A DNA stretch of 64,000 nucleotides from an uncultured Nitrospiraceae bacterium. Its GTDB lineage: Bacteria; Nitrospirota; Thermodesulfovibrionia; Thermodesulfovibrionales; UBA6898. Numbering within the stretch: the stretch's first letter is position 1; each line of letters begins with the position of its first letter. The stretch is from assembly GCA_963811165.1 (NCBI GenBank), contig CAWEQH010000010.1, positions 800,001 to 864,000 of the forward strand, in the 5' to 3' direction. This document shows, one piece after another, positions 11,328 to 21,070 of the stretch. The position numbers and the translations under genes are program-made. The notes beneath the pieces are model-generated. The model saw only the letters and a list, made by a program, of their open reading frames with translations, made no database searches and was not told where the DNA came from.

Positions 11328-11771
11328 ATGAGTAACCGCACAACACTCTTAAGATGCAGGTCCTGCAGGACCGTAAACCGGATACCCGTTGACAGGCTTT
11401 CAGAAAGACCGAAATGCGGGAAATGCAAGGCCTATCTCGATTTCCCTCATGGACCGGTCGAAGGTACGGCCTCAAATTTCGACTCGGAGGTCTTCGATTC
11501 CCCGGGGCTCGTACTCGTCTTTTTCTGGGCCCCCTGGTGTGCGCACTGCCGGGGGATGATGCCGTCCATCCAGGAACTGGCCAGGCGCATGGCAGGCAGG
11601 CTGAAGGTCGTCATGGTGAACACGGAGAAGGAGACACCCCTGGCAAGGCGCTTCGATGTCATGTCGTTGCCGAGACTGACCCTTTACCGCGGCGGCCAGC
11701 AGGTCAATGAGCTAAACGGAGCAGTCTCCGGCACTCAGCTGGATGAATGGATCGGCCATTGGATGGGATAA
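11328..11771 (+). CDS. trxC: Thioredoxin 2 (TrxC-like) with N-terminal zinc finger
   Basis: CRSC...NR...PKCGKC zinc finger; active site FWAPWCAHC. Confidence 0.85.
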   Translation: MSNRTTLLRCRSCRTVNRIPVDRLSERPKCGKCKAYLDFPHGPVEGTASNFDSEVFDSPGLVLVFFWAPWCAHCRGMMPSIQELARRMAGRLKVVMVNTEKETPLARRFDVMSLPRLTLYRGGQQVNELNGAVSGTQLDEWIGHWMG

Positions 11772-11792
11772 CAGCGCGGGGGAACCCCGCCC

Positions 11793-12617
11793 CTACAAGG
11801 CATGGTCATCGTCGTCATGAAGGTCATAAGTCACTTCCTGCTGAATATCGATTGTTTCGCCCCTTTCGCCCAGTTCCCGGAATATAAACGGTTTCGTCGA
11901 CGACGGGACCTTCGGATCGGAATAAAGGTCCTGAAGGTCGGTGGTCCTCATCTGCCTAATGAATTTGGCGACACATGGCATCGGGGTATAGAAATTCCGT
12001 ATCATGGCAAACTTTATAGAATAACTTAAGGACCACTTCGTATGGGTAGCAAGCATCTTTATCACCACCGGCTTTGTGCGGGGGTTATTGATCAGTTTGT
12101 AAAGATGTGCCTCGGTAAGTAAAGGGCTTTCCAGGCAGATGCGTATGACCCTCTCGTCGCCGCGTTCCATGAGGGAAAGCAAAGTGTTCGTGGATGCCCT
12201 CTTTGCAAGAGCTGTTTTGTTCCCAAGCGGCATGGCAGGTATCCTCTCGGCTATCATGCTTTCGATCTTCTGACGTATATTGATATTGATATGCTGGTCC
12301 CTCGTAATGTCCGAAAGGTCGAATAGTCTCATGAATTTCAGCATCGAGAGCGTTGCCTTATGAGGTGTCCTGGGGTTCCTGCATATCGCAAGCTTAAGCT
12401 TATAGCTGCCCTTGAACCTGACATCGGCCGCGAGAAACCCGAGCGTTTCGGCAGATGCGGTTTTCCCCTTTGCGATGAAGACCGCCATCTCCTCGGTAAG
12501 GTTCCTGTTGAAGGCCGCCCGCGATACGACCTGCGGATTGGGGTCTCTGATGAGCGTCCAAAGCTCTTCTCCGCCCGCTGTCAGCGCGGCCCTCAAGCGT
12601 TCCTCGACGGTAACCAT
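11793..12617 (-). CDS. Conserved hypothetical helical-repeat protein
   Basis: 274-aa ORF with two similar halves (SYKLKLAICRNPRTP / SYSIKFAMIRNFYTP). Confidence 0.75.
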   Translation of the reverse strand: MVTVEERLRAALTAGGEELWTLIRDPNPQVVSRAAFNRNLTEEMAVFIAKGKTASAETLGFLAADVRFKGSYKLKLAICRNPRTPHKATLSMLKFMRLFDLSDITRDQHININIRQKIESMIAERIPAMPLGNKTALAKRASTNTLLSLMERGDERVIRICLESPLLTEAHLYKLINNPRTKPVVIKMLATHTKWSLSYSIKFAMIRNFYTPMPCVAKFIRQMRTTDLQDLYSDPKVPSSTKPFIFRELGERGETIDIQQEVTYDLHDDDDHAL

Positions 12618-12768
12618 GCTCCTATTGTAATCCGCCGGAAGATTAATTTACAGAACAACTTTTTTTTACACTTGTCATTTGGCTGGAATGAAACTACTAT
12701 GTAATCACGTGATATAATATTGCAAAAGGCCGGCGGCTAACGGCAATCTTGAGAGAGGGAGGCACTAC

Positions 12769-13248
12769 GTGAACATATATGAATATGCAATGCAGTTAGA
12801 AAAAGACGGTGAGAATTTCTACCGGGAGGTCACTTCGCAAACATCGGACAAGGGGTTGAAAACGATCTTGATGATGCTCGCTGACGCTGAGGTGAGACAC
12901 TATAGGCTTTTTGAGAATATGAAAAACAACGATAAGGTCCGGATGCCGGACTCCCCAATATTAAATGACGTCAAGAACATCTTCATCCAGATGAGGGAAG
13001 AGAAACAGATCGAGACCGATGTCTCACAGATAGAGCTTTACAAAAAAGCCCAGGGGATCGAGAATCTCACCCGGGACTTCTATCTCGCTAAGGCCGAAGA
13101 GGTCGTCCCAGAGCAAAAGGAGATATTTCTCAAGATCGCGGAGGAGGAGAAGCGACACTACCTCATTCTCGAAAACATCATCCGGCTCGTCAGCCAGCCC
13201 GATACCTGGCTCGAAGACCCGGAGTGGTACCACCTGGAGGATTATTAG
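12769..13248 (+). CDS. Rubrerythrin/ferritin-like diiron protein
   Basis: AMQLEKDGENFY, LADAEVRH, IAEEEKRH (ExxH pairs); GTG start after GGAGG. Confidence 0.9.
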   Translation: MNIYEYAMQLEKDGENFYREVTSQTSDKGLKTILMMLADAEVRHYRLFENMKNNDKVRMPDSPILNDVKNIFIQMREEKQIETDVSQIELYKKAQGIENLTRDFYLAKAEEVVPEQKEIFLKIAEEEKRHYLILENIIRLVSQPDTWLEDPEWYHLEDY

Positions 13249-13299
13249 GAGGTCCCCGGCGGTCGCAGTTCTTCGCCCATCCTTTCCCTCTTGTTGCCT

Positions 13300-13338
13300 T
13301 TGACACAGCGGCCCTAGTTGTGTTACATTGTCTTACAT
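13300..13338 (+). promoter_or_regulatory. Putative sigma70 promoter/operator of the TA operon
   Basis: TTGACA at 13300; TTACAT direct repeat at 10-bp spacing overlapping the -10 region. Confidence 0.5.
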
Positions 13339-13353
13339 AAAGGAGGCGGGGAC

Positions 13354-13572
13354 ATGAAAGAGACGATCACAATACGGCTGACCGACAAACTGCAAAAGGA
13401 ACTGGACATCGTGGCAAAAGCAGAGAAGGCGTCAAAAAGCGAAGTCATCCGGGACGCCGTTGCCCACTACCTCGCGGTAAAACGGTTTCAGCAGCTGCGA
13501 AGAAAGGCATTGCCCTTTGCAGAGGCAGAAGGGCTGCTCAGTGACGAGGATATCTTCAAGGCCATCTCGTGA
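13354..13572 (+). CDS. Ribbon-helix-helix (CopG-like) antitoxin
   Basis: ITIRL...SKSEVIRDAV; AGGAGG RBS; overlaps the PIN gene (GTGA). Confidence 0.85.
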   Translation: MKETITIRLTDKLQKELDIVAKAEKASKSEVIRDAVAHYLAVKRFQQLRRKALPFAEAEGLLSDEDIFKAIS

Positions 13573-13967
13573 GAGTGGTGCTCGACACCAACGTACTCAT
13601 TGCGGCCTTTTCCGCCAGGGGTCTTTGCGCTGAAGTTTTTGAAGTCTGCCTGGAGGGACACGATATTGTGATAAGTGAGCATATCCTTTCAGAGACAAAG
13701 AAGAACCTTCTTGATAAAATTCATCTCCCTCACATCGTCGTTCAAGAGATAATTGAATACTTACGGGGCGTAACCGAGGCAGTGGAGCCTGCTGTTATTG
13801 ATAAGCGCATGTGCAGGGATAAAAACGATGACAAGATCATCGGGGCCGCTTTAGGCGGGAAAGCGGATTTCATCATCACAGGGGACAAGGACCTGCTCGT
13901 CCTAAAAAAATATAAGGGGATAAAAATAGTAACGCCGAGGGAATTCTGGAAACACCTGAGGGGATAA
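13569..13967 (+). CDS. PIN-domain toxin (VapC-like, PIN_3 type)
   Basis: VVLDTNVLIAA, CRDKNDD, IITGDKDLL, IVTPREF. Confidence 0.92.
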   Translation: MRVVLDTNVLIAAFSARGLCAEVFEVCLEGHDIVISEHILSETKKNLLDKIHLPHIVVQEIIEYLRGVTEAVEPAVIDKRMCRDKNDDKIIGAALGGKADFIITGDKDLLVLKKYKGIKIVTPREFWKHLRG

Positions 13968-14062
13968 ACGGATTATATTTCCTTCAGGATGCAACACTCC
14001 AGCAACCTTTCTTCCTGAAAGTCGCGCTTTTCAAAATCTTCACAATGGTGTAAGTTATTATT

Positions 14063-15312
14063 TGAGCCTTCCCCGAATTGATGGACACACCTAAAGATTT
14101 GTAAGATGGAAAAGGAGGTGTGTGTATGGGGAAAGAGGATAGGCGTCGTCATTTCACGAGAGAGTTCAAGAGGAATGCTGTTCACCTTGTGACGGAGAAG
14201 GGTATGCCGGTAGGGAAGGTAGCTCGGGACCTTGATATTCATCCCAACTTACTTCATTTATGGAGAAGGAGGTTGCTGAAAGACGGGGAGAAGGCATTTG
14301 TGGGGAAAGGCCATTCAAGTCCGGAGGGAGCGGAGATAAAGCAGCTTCGGAAGGAATTGGAAAGGGTGAGGGAAGAGAGGGACATTTTAAAAAAAGCCTT
14401 GGCCGTATTCTCCAAACGCAGCAGACGAAGTACGGGTTGATGGAAGAGCATCGGGAGAAGTACAGGGTGGGAAGCATGTGCAAGGTGTTAAAGGTATCCA
14501 GGAGTGGGTATTATGCGTGGCGCAGCCGTCCGCTTAGCAGGAGGCAAAAGGACAACCAGGAGTTGCTGGGACACATACAGGAGATCCACAGAAGAAGCAG
14601 GAAGCTGTACGGGAGCCTAAGGATCACGGCTGAACTCAATGATGAGGGTGTCAAATGCGGGAAGAACCGGGTAGCCAGGATCATGAAGGATCATGCCATA
14701 TGCGGGGAAGTGAAGAGGAGGAGGTTTAGGCGGACTACCGATTCACGGCATGATTATGCTCTGGCGGCAAACCTGCTGATTGGCAAGAGACAGACCGATG
14801 GGGTATGGGCATCAGATATTACGTTTGTTCCTACTTCCGAGGGGTGGTTGTATGTGGCAGCTGTGATAAATGTGAAAAGCAGAAGAGTTATAGGGTTGTC
14901 CATGAGCGATAAACTTTCTCAGGAACTCGCCTCTGATGCGCTAAAAGCGGCAGCCAGCAGGCAGAGCCCTCCTGAGGGGTTGATCCACCACTCCGATCGA
15001 GGCAGGCAGTACGCGAGTTATGCATATCAGGAGCTTCTCAGAGAATACGGCATTACTCCGAGTATGAGCAGAAGTGGCAATTGCTATGACAATGCCTATG
15101 CGGAGTCATTTTTCGGAACGCTCAAGACGGAATTGGTCCACGGTGAGAAGTACCGTTCACGGCTTGAGGCAAGGCTTAGTATCTTTGAGTACGTAGAAGT
15201 GTTTTATAATCGTCAGAGGAGACACTCGGCATTAGGGTACAGGAGCCCAGAGCAATTTGAACGGCTCCTTGATGAAACTTAACCAAGTGTCCACATTATC
15301 GGGGAAAGCTCA
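14063..15312 (+). mobile_element. IS3-family insertion sequence, 1250 bp
   Basis: Ends TG...CA; 26-bp imperfect IRs (IRL TGAGCCTTCCCCGAATTGATGGACAC; reverse complement of IRR TGAGCTTTCCCCGATAATGTGGACAC); orfA and orfB present. Confidence 0.95.
14126..15282 (+). CDS. IS3 transposase OrfAB (programmed -1 frameshift)
   Basis: orfA HTH (RRHFTREFK) ends at 14440. orfB is in the -1 frame with DDE motifs (WASDITF, HHSDRGRQY, DNAYAESFF). A7G slippery site at 14389-14396. Confidence 0.93.
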
Positions 15313-15529
15313 GCCGTAAATCTTCAGTCTCGATCCTTGCTTAATTTTGCGGCTTTGTCGGTGAAGCCGAGATCGCAGTCCTGCTTTACACACAGGCAGG
15401 ATCGTGCATACTCCGGGGTGAGGCTCTATTTTCCACGCAGTCGCGCCGCCCTCAATCGATAATCTCAAGGGAACAAACACCGACTGCTCACTCACCAGCA
15501 CGCAACGATACTCAGTTAGAAGGCATGCT

Positions 15530-18500
15530 TTACTCTCCCGGCGTCCATTTCGCCAGGTGTTTTAGATATTTCCATCTCCTCTTTACGTTCGCCTCGGCCT
15601 GTTTCATGAGCTCGGCCGCAAGATCGGGCTTGCTCATCTTTAGGGCCCTGTAACGGTTCTCCTTGTAAGCGTATTCCTCGAACGATATTGTCGGCTCCTG
15701 GCTGTCGATTATAAAAGGCGGCTTCCCCTCTGCCTCCAGATCGGGATTGAAGCGGAAAAGCGGCCAGTGCCCGCAGGAGACCGCCCTCTTCTGCTCGTCA
15801 ACGCCCCTGCCCATGTCTATCCCCTGAGCTATGCATGTCGCGTAAGCGACAACCAGTGACGGACCTTTATATGCCTCCGCCTCTACCATTGCCCTGACCG
15901 ACTGCGCCTGGTTGGCGCCGAAGGCGATCTGTGCAACATACACATTCCCATAGGTGGTCATTATCGCGCCGATGGACTTTTTGGGCGTCCTCTTTCCCCC
16001 GGCGGCGAATTGAGCCATCGCAGCAAGCGGCGTAGACTTTGACATCTGTCCGCCGGTATTTGAGTAGACTTCGGTATCTAAGATCATTATATTGATGTCT
16101 TCTCCGGAGGCGAGGACATGGTCGAGCCCGCCGTAGCCTATGTCATAAGCCCACCCGTCACCGCCGATGGCCCAGACCGTCTTTTTTACGAGATAGTCGG
16201 CAAGCGACGCGAGACTCTTCGCCTCGGGCGAGACATCCTTGGAAATCAACTTCTTTAGTTCTTCGACCCTGGCCCTCTGCTCTTCGATCCCCTTTTGAGT
16301 CGACTGGTCCGAATTCTTAAGCGAGTCGAAGAGACCCCTTGCCGACGAATACTCAGTCCTCGCCGAAATCCTCTCAAGGAGTTCGAGCGCCTGTGACCTG
16401 AATTTGTCCACCGTCTGCTTCATGCCGAATCCGAATTCCGCGTTATCTTCAAACAGCGAATTGGCCCATGCCGGTCCCCGGCCGTCGGCCCGCTTAGTAT
16501 AAGGCGTAGTCGGAAGATTTCCGCCGTAGATGGAAGAGCATCCGGTGGCGTTGGCGATAAGAAGCCGGTCCCCGAAGAGTTGCGTCAACAGTTTTATATA
16601 AGGCGTCTCGCCGCAGCCGGCACAGGCGCCGCTGTACTCAAACAAGGGCCTGACCAACTGGCTCCCCTTTATCGTCATGACGTTAAACCGCGACGGGTCG
16701 GTCTCAGGAAGGGAGAGGAAAAAGCGATAATTCTCAGCCTCCTGAGCCCTCAGGGGTTCCTGGAACTTCATGTTGATCGCCTTAAAGCCGGGTATCTTCT
16801 TGCCGTCGGCATCCTTCTTGAATCCGGGGCAGACATGCACACAGGAGCCGCAACCGGTGCAGTCCTCAGGTGCCACCTGGACCGTAAATTTCAACCCCTT
16901 GAACTCATTGCCCTTCCCGTCGACGGACTTGAAGGTCTCAGGGGCGTCCTTCAGCAGAGACCCATCGTAGGCCTTTATCCTTATCGTGGCGTGCGGACAT
17001 ACGAAAGAGCATTGGCCGCACTGGATGCAGATGTCAGGCTCCCACACCGGGATATGGACTCCGATGTTGCGCTTCTCAAACTGAGTGGTGCCCGTAGGCC
17101 ATGTGCCGTCTACGGGAAGAGCGGAGACCGGCAGCGAATCGCCGTTGCCGGCGATCATCGTGGCGGTCACGTTCTTCACAAACTCCGGCGCCCCTTCAGG
17201 GACCGGGGGTCTCATCCTCTTTGCGCTGCTCACCTTGCCAGGAACCGGCACTTCCACGATATTCTGGAGGGCCTTGTCAACGGCGGCGTAATTCATCTGC
17301 ACCACCTGCTCGCCCTTCTTCATGTAGGTCTTCTTGATCTCACGCTTGATCGACTCGATCGCCTCATCCTTGGGAATGATCCCGGCGATCACGAAAAAGG
17401 CGGTCTGCATGATCATGTTGATCCTGGTCCCAAGACCTAGCTCCTCGGCAAGGGAAATGGCATCGATGATATAAAACTTCATCTTTTTCGAAATGAGCTG
17501 TTCCTGGACCTCCGCGGGAAGGGTATCCCATACCTCGTCTTTCTTTTGCAAGGTCGTCAGAAGGAACGTGGCCCCTTCCTCTGCCTTGGACAGCATGTCA
17601 TACTTCTCCAGAAACGATGTATTGTGGCAGGCGATAAAGTTCGCCTGGGGAACGAGGTAGGGATTATGGATCTTCTCTTTTCCGAAGCGGAGATGGGATA
17701 TGGTGATGGCGCCCGATTTCTTGGAGTCGTAGACAAAGTAGCCCTGGGCGTAATTGTCCGTCTCGGCCCCGATGATCTTTATCGTATTCTTGTTTGCGCC
17801 GACCGTCCCGTCCGCACCGAGCCCGTAAAAGAGGGCACGGAAAACCCCGCTCCCCTCGATGCGAAAAGACTCATCGTATTCAAGGCTCGTCCCGGCCACA
17901 TCGTCATTGATGCCGACGGTAAAGTGGTTCTTCGGTGACGAAGCAGAGAGATTGTCGAAAACGGCCTTCACCATGCCGGGAGTGAAGTCCTTGGAACCGA
18001 GACCGTAACGGCCTCCCACGATCTTCGGATAGCTCCTGAAGGCCGCTGTCCCTTTCTCCATCGCTTCGCCGACGGCCGTCCTGACGTCCAGATAGAGGGG
18101 CTCGCCTATGGCGCCGGGCTCTTTTGTCCGGTCGAGGACCGCGATCGCCTTGACCGTTGCCGGCAGTGCCTTGGCAAAGGCATCGACCGAAAAAGGCCTG
18201 AAGAGCCTCACGTTCACAAGGCCGAGTTTCTCTCCCCGGGCGTTCAGGGCGTCGACAGTGCTCTGGACGGTCTCGGAGGCCGAACCCATGATAACCACCA
18301 CGCGTTCCGCATCCGGGGCGCCGCAATAGTCGAAAAGGTTGTACCGCCTGCCGACAATACCCGCGAACCGGTCCATCGCCTTCTGCACAATGTCAGGCGT
18401 CGCGTTACAGTAAGTGTTGACCGTTTCCCTGCCCTGGAAATAGACATCCGGATTCTGGGCCGTGCCGCGAATCACCGGCCTGTCCGGCGTCAGCCCCCTC

Positions 18501-19114
18501 TGCCTCTGCTGAATGACAAGATCGTCGTCAAGCATCGCCCGCATGTCGTCAAAGGTCAGCTCCTCTACTTTCTGTATCTCGTGGGACGTCCTGAAGCCGT
18601 CGAAGAAGTGGATGAAAGGCACCCGTGATTCGAGCGTCGCGGCCTGGGATATGAGCGCGAAGTCCATCGCCTCCTGGACGCTCTGGGAGCAGAGCATCGC
18701 AAATCCCGTGGCCCTGCAGGCCATGACGTCCGAATGGTCTCCGAAGATCGAGAGTCCCTGACAGGCAAGGGACCGTGCGGTGATATGAAATACCGTGGGC
18801 GTGAGCTCCCCTGCTATCTTGTACATGTTGGGAATGATCAGCAAGAGACCCTGGGACGCTGACACGGTTGTGGCAAGAGCCCCCGCCGCGAGAGAGCCGT
18901 GCACCGCGCCCGCAACACCTGCCTCAGACTGCATCTGGCTGACCCTGGGGACCGAGCCCCAGATATTCACCTGCCCCGCTGCTGTCTTGGCATCGCATAT
19001 CTCCGCTATAGGCGAAGAAGGAGTAATGGGATAAATCGTAATAATCTCATTCGTCGCATGCACCACATGCGCACACGCCGTGCATCCGTCAACCGTTATC
19101 ATCTTTCGAACCAT
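15530..19114 (-). CDS. nifJ: Pyruvate:ferredoxin/flavodoxin oxidoreductase (single-chain)
   Basis: YPITPSS, GTAQNPDVYFQ, two ferredoxin CxxCxxC motifs, GACAGCGETPY, GGDGWAYDIG. Confidence 0.98.
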   Translation of the reverse strand: MVRKMITVDGCTACAHVVHATNEIITIYPITPSSPIAEICDAKTAAGQVNIWGSVPRVSQMQSEAGVAGAVHGSLAAGALATTVSASQGLLLIIPNMYKIAGELTPTVFHITARSLACQGLSIFGDHSDVMACRATGFAMLCSQSVQEAMDFALISQAATLESRVPFIHFFDGFRTSHEIQKVEELTFDDMRAMLDDDLVIQQRQRGLTPDRPVIRGTAQNPDVYFQGRETVNTYCNATPDIVQKAMDRFAGIVGRRYNLFDYCGAPDAERVVVIMGSASETVQSTVDALNARGEKLGLVNVRLFRPFSVDAFAKALPATVKAIAVLDRTKEPGAIGEPLYLDVRTAVGEAMEKGTAAFRSYPKIVGGRYGLGSKDFTPGMVKAVFDNLSASSPKNHFTVGINDDVAGTSLEYDESFRIEGSGVFRALFYGLGADGTVGANKNTIKIIGAETDNYAQGYFVYDSKKSGAITISHLRFGKEKIHNPYLVPQANFIACHNTSFLEKYDMLSKAEEGATFLLTTLQKKDEVWDTLPAEVQEQLISKKMKFYIIDAISLAEELGLGTRINMIMQTAFFVIAGIIPKDEAIESIKREIKKTYMKKGEQVVQMNYAAVDKALQNIVEVPVPGKVSSAKRMRPPVPEGAPEFVKNVTATMIAGNGDSLPVSALPVDGTWPTGTTQFEKRNIGVHIPVWEPDICIQCGQCSFVCPHATIRIKAYDGSLLKDAPETFKSVDGKGNEFKGLKFTVQVAPEDCTGCGSCVHVCPGFKKDADGKKIPGFKAINMKFQEPLRAQEAENYRFFLSLPETDPSRFNVMTIKGSQLVRPLFEYSGACAGCGETPYIKLLTQLFGDRLLIANATGCSSIYGGNLPTTPYTKRADGRGPAWANSLFEDNAEFGFGMKQTVDKFRSQALELLERISARTEYSSARGLFDSLKNSDQSTQKGIEEQRARVEELKKLISKDVSPEAKSLASLADYLVKKTVWAIGGDGWAYDIGYGGLDHVLASGEDINIMILDTEVYSNTGGQMSKSTPLAAMAQFAAGGKRTPKKSIGAIMTTYGNVYVAQIAFGANQAQSVRAMVEAEAYKGPSLVVAYATCIAQGIDMGRGVDEQKRAVSCGHWPLFRFNPDLEAEGKPPFIIDSQEPTISFEEYAYKENRYRALKMSKPDLAAELMKQAEANVKRRWKYLKHLAKWTPGE

Positions 19115-19125
19115 ACCAACCTCCT

Positions 19126-19155
19126 TCTTGCGTATATATTTCTTGCGTATATATT
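19126..19155. repeat. 15-bp exact tandem duplication upstream of the nifJ RBS
   Basis: TCTTGCGTATATATT x2. Confidence 0.9.
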
Positions 19156-19454
19156 AATGATGCTGCCAAACCGTAATCAGAGTCGATCCATTCCATTATA
19201 ATATAAATGGAGCTCTCTGGGTAAGGCGGCCTTATTGACTCCAAAAGAAAATGCATAGTTATCGTCGGCATTTGCGTTTATAGGTTCTTTAGACGCCGCC
19301 GTGTCATATATTTTTTATAAGGCATTAATAATTTTGTATATATTTTTCTATATATTTTCATACTTCATCTGAGCCTCCCCACAAAAAACATTATTTACCA
19401 AGGACTTTCATCCACTGCGACTTTATGGTATCCTTCTTGCTTCATATACAGATT

Positions 19455-19586
19455 ATGATAAGAATATTGATCGTCGATTACCATCCTGCCATACTCTCAC
19501 CGCTCTCCTACATGTTAAGAAAAACCGCCACCGTAATGCCGGGCGAAAACATGAAAGCGGCACAGAGAGCGGCTCGTAAAAGATGA
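19455..19586 (+). pseudogene. Truncated receiver-domain remnant or 43-aa small ORF
   Basis: MIRILIVDYHPAILSPLSYML resembles a REC N-terminus; stop overlaps the next ATG (ATGA). Confidence 0.5.
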
Positions 19587-19975
19587 GTTCATTTCATACA
19601 AAGGACTCTAAGATTCTGATAGTTGATGATGACCCTCTTATAAGGTCCTTCCTGAAGGCCTTTTGCGAGGTCAACAACTATAAGGCTGATTTCGCAGTCA
19701 ACGGGACCGATGCCCTCGGACTCATCGAGAAAAATGGATCATACTTCCTGGCCATAGTGGATTTTTTGATGCCCAAAATGCACGGAGTTGAATTTATCAG
19801 ACAGGTCAGGAAAAGATGGAGAGATCTTCCCATTATCGCGATCAGCGCGTGGCAGGACATAGGGAAATCTTTCATTGAAGCCGGAGCATGTCTGTTTCTC
19901 GAAAAACCATTTGATCCCTATGTCTTGGAAAAAGAGATAGAAGCAATTCGGAACGCCGATATAAGAAGTCGGTAA
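19583..19975 (+). CDS. Single-domain response regulator (CheY-like)
   Basis: ILIVDDD, IVDFLMPKMHG, ISA, LEKPF. Confidence 0.9.
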   Translation: MSSFHTKDSKILIVDDDPLIRSFLKAFCEVNNYKADFAVNGTDALGLIEKNGSYFLAIVDFLMPKMHGVEFIRQVRKRWRDLPIIAISAWQDIGKSFIEAGACLFLEKPFDPYVLEKEIEAIRNADIRSR

Positions 19976-20066
19976 CATACCCCGCGTTCTCCCATCCTCT
20001 TGCTGCCGAGATAACCACCCGCAAGGCGCCGTTATGTCGCCTTGTTTGCGATAACTGCTCTCCTCA

Positions 20067-20360
20067 CTATCGCTGACTGTCTTGTACAATCCTGCTGCCG
20101 CCTGATTGAGATAAATCTTTAGATCCGACCTTTTGTTCCGATTTGCTGTAAGTCGTCTTCCCTTTTCCCGCAGCGTTTACCTCCGAAAGATCGAACTTGC
20201 CCCCAATGCAGAACCGGCACCCGCTGCCCTCGCTGATATAACCGCCGCCGCTAATGCATTCTCCTTCGGTCGTCGACGCCATGGCCCCCGATGCAAAGAA
20301 AAGTCCCGCGATTGCCATGAAGACTAAAAAGATAAGCCCCAATGTGATTGTACTTTTCAT
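20067..20360 (-). CDS. Small exported protein with three Cys
   Basis: GGAGG RBS, signal peptide ending AMA, C-x12-CxxC. Confidence 0.65.
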   Translation of the reverse strand: MKSTITLGLIFLVFMAIAGLFFASGAMASTTEGECISGGGYISEGSGCRFCIGGKFDLSEVNAAGKGKTTYSKSEQKVGSKDLSQSGGSRIVQDSQR

Positions 20361-20409
20361 TTTGACCTCCATCTTTCTACAAAGTCCGGCCTAGTTTGGA
20401 TTTATCATC

Positions 20410-20437
20410 GGTGATAATTATAATAAAAATTATCACC
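20410..20437. promoter_or_regulatory. Palindromic operator-like site
   Basis: GGTGATAATT-N8-AATTATCACC, perfect 10-bp inverted repeat. Confidence 0.55.
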
Positions 20438-20488
20438 TCTGCGATGATCCTGTCAATTTGAAGTTTAAATAATCAGGATGTCTTAAAC

Positions 20489-20536
20489 TGCAACTTCATT
20501 TGCAACTTCATTTGCAACTTCATTTGCAATTTCATT
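20489..20536. repeat. 12-bp tandem repeat x4
   Basis: TGCAACTTCATT x3 plus TGCAATTTCATT. Confidence 0.92.
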
Positions 20537-20640
20537 TCCGACCTTGCAAATAAACAAATCAGGGACGCACCGATGGCTTTGGGAGAAAAAATAAGGGCCC
20601 CCAGCTTCTGGATATGCCCACAAAAAATACCAAAAAAACC

Positions 20641-20669
20641 TTGACCTTTCGGTTTTTTCTGTGTAATAT
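20641..20669 (+). promoter_or_regulatory. sigma70 promoter of the cold-shock gene
   Basis: TTGACC-N17-TAATAT preceded by an A-rich UP-like tract; implies a long 5' UTR as is typical for csp genes. Confidence 0.65.
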
Positions 20670-20794
20670 TTTTTTTAAGTTTCGGAAGTTTTTGTCGTAC
20701 ATTTGGGCCGCAAAGACTTTGAGCTTTGCGGCTTTTTTATCAAGACCTCCGGAACTCAAACAATCTATTTTCTTACATAGGAGGACAACGCAGC

Positions 20795-20998
20795 ATGCAG
20801 CAAAGAGGGACAGTGAAGTGGTTTAACGAAGCCAAGGGGTATGGATTCATCACCAAGGAGAACGGGGGAGACGTCTTTGTGCACTATTCGGAGATTCAGG
20901 CCAATGGGTTTAAAACCCTTTCCGAAGGCCAGACCGTTTCATTCGAAGTGGCTGATGGTCCGAAAGGACCAAAGGCGGTAAACGTTGCTAGAGTTTGA
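20795..20998 (+). CDS. cspA: Cold-shock protein
   Basis: [41 protein letters not shown]. Confidence 0.96.
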   Translation: MQQRGTVKWFNEAKGYGFITKENGGDVFVHYSEIQANGFKTLSEGQTVSFEVADGPKGPKAVNVARV

Positions 20999-21043
20999 TA
21001 CGATCTTCTCTGTTTAGTCAGCAAAATCAGTGAAAAAAACTCG

Positions 21044-21070
21044 AAGCCCCTTTGAAAAAGGGGCTTTTTT
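21044..21070 (+). terminator. Terminator between csp and the convergent gene
   Basis: AAGCCCCTTT-GAA-AAAGGGGCTT followed by T runs, with an A run upstream. Confidence 0.8.

Noticed and set aside
14260..14390. Separate start for IS3 orfB at 14260
   Set aside because: This is an upstream open-frame extension; OrfAB is better explained by -1 slippage at A7G.
20489..20536. CRISPR array
   Set aside because: The 12-bp units are contiguous with no spacers, and there are no cas genes.
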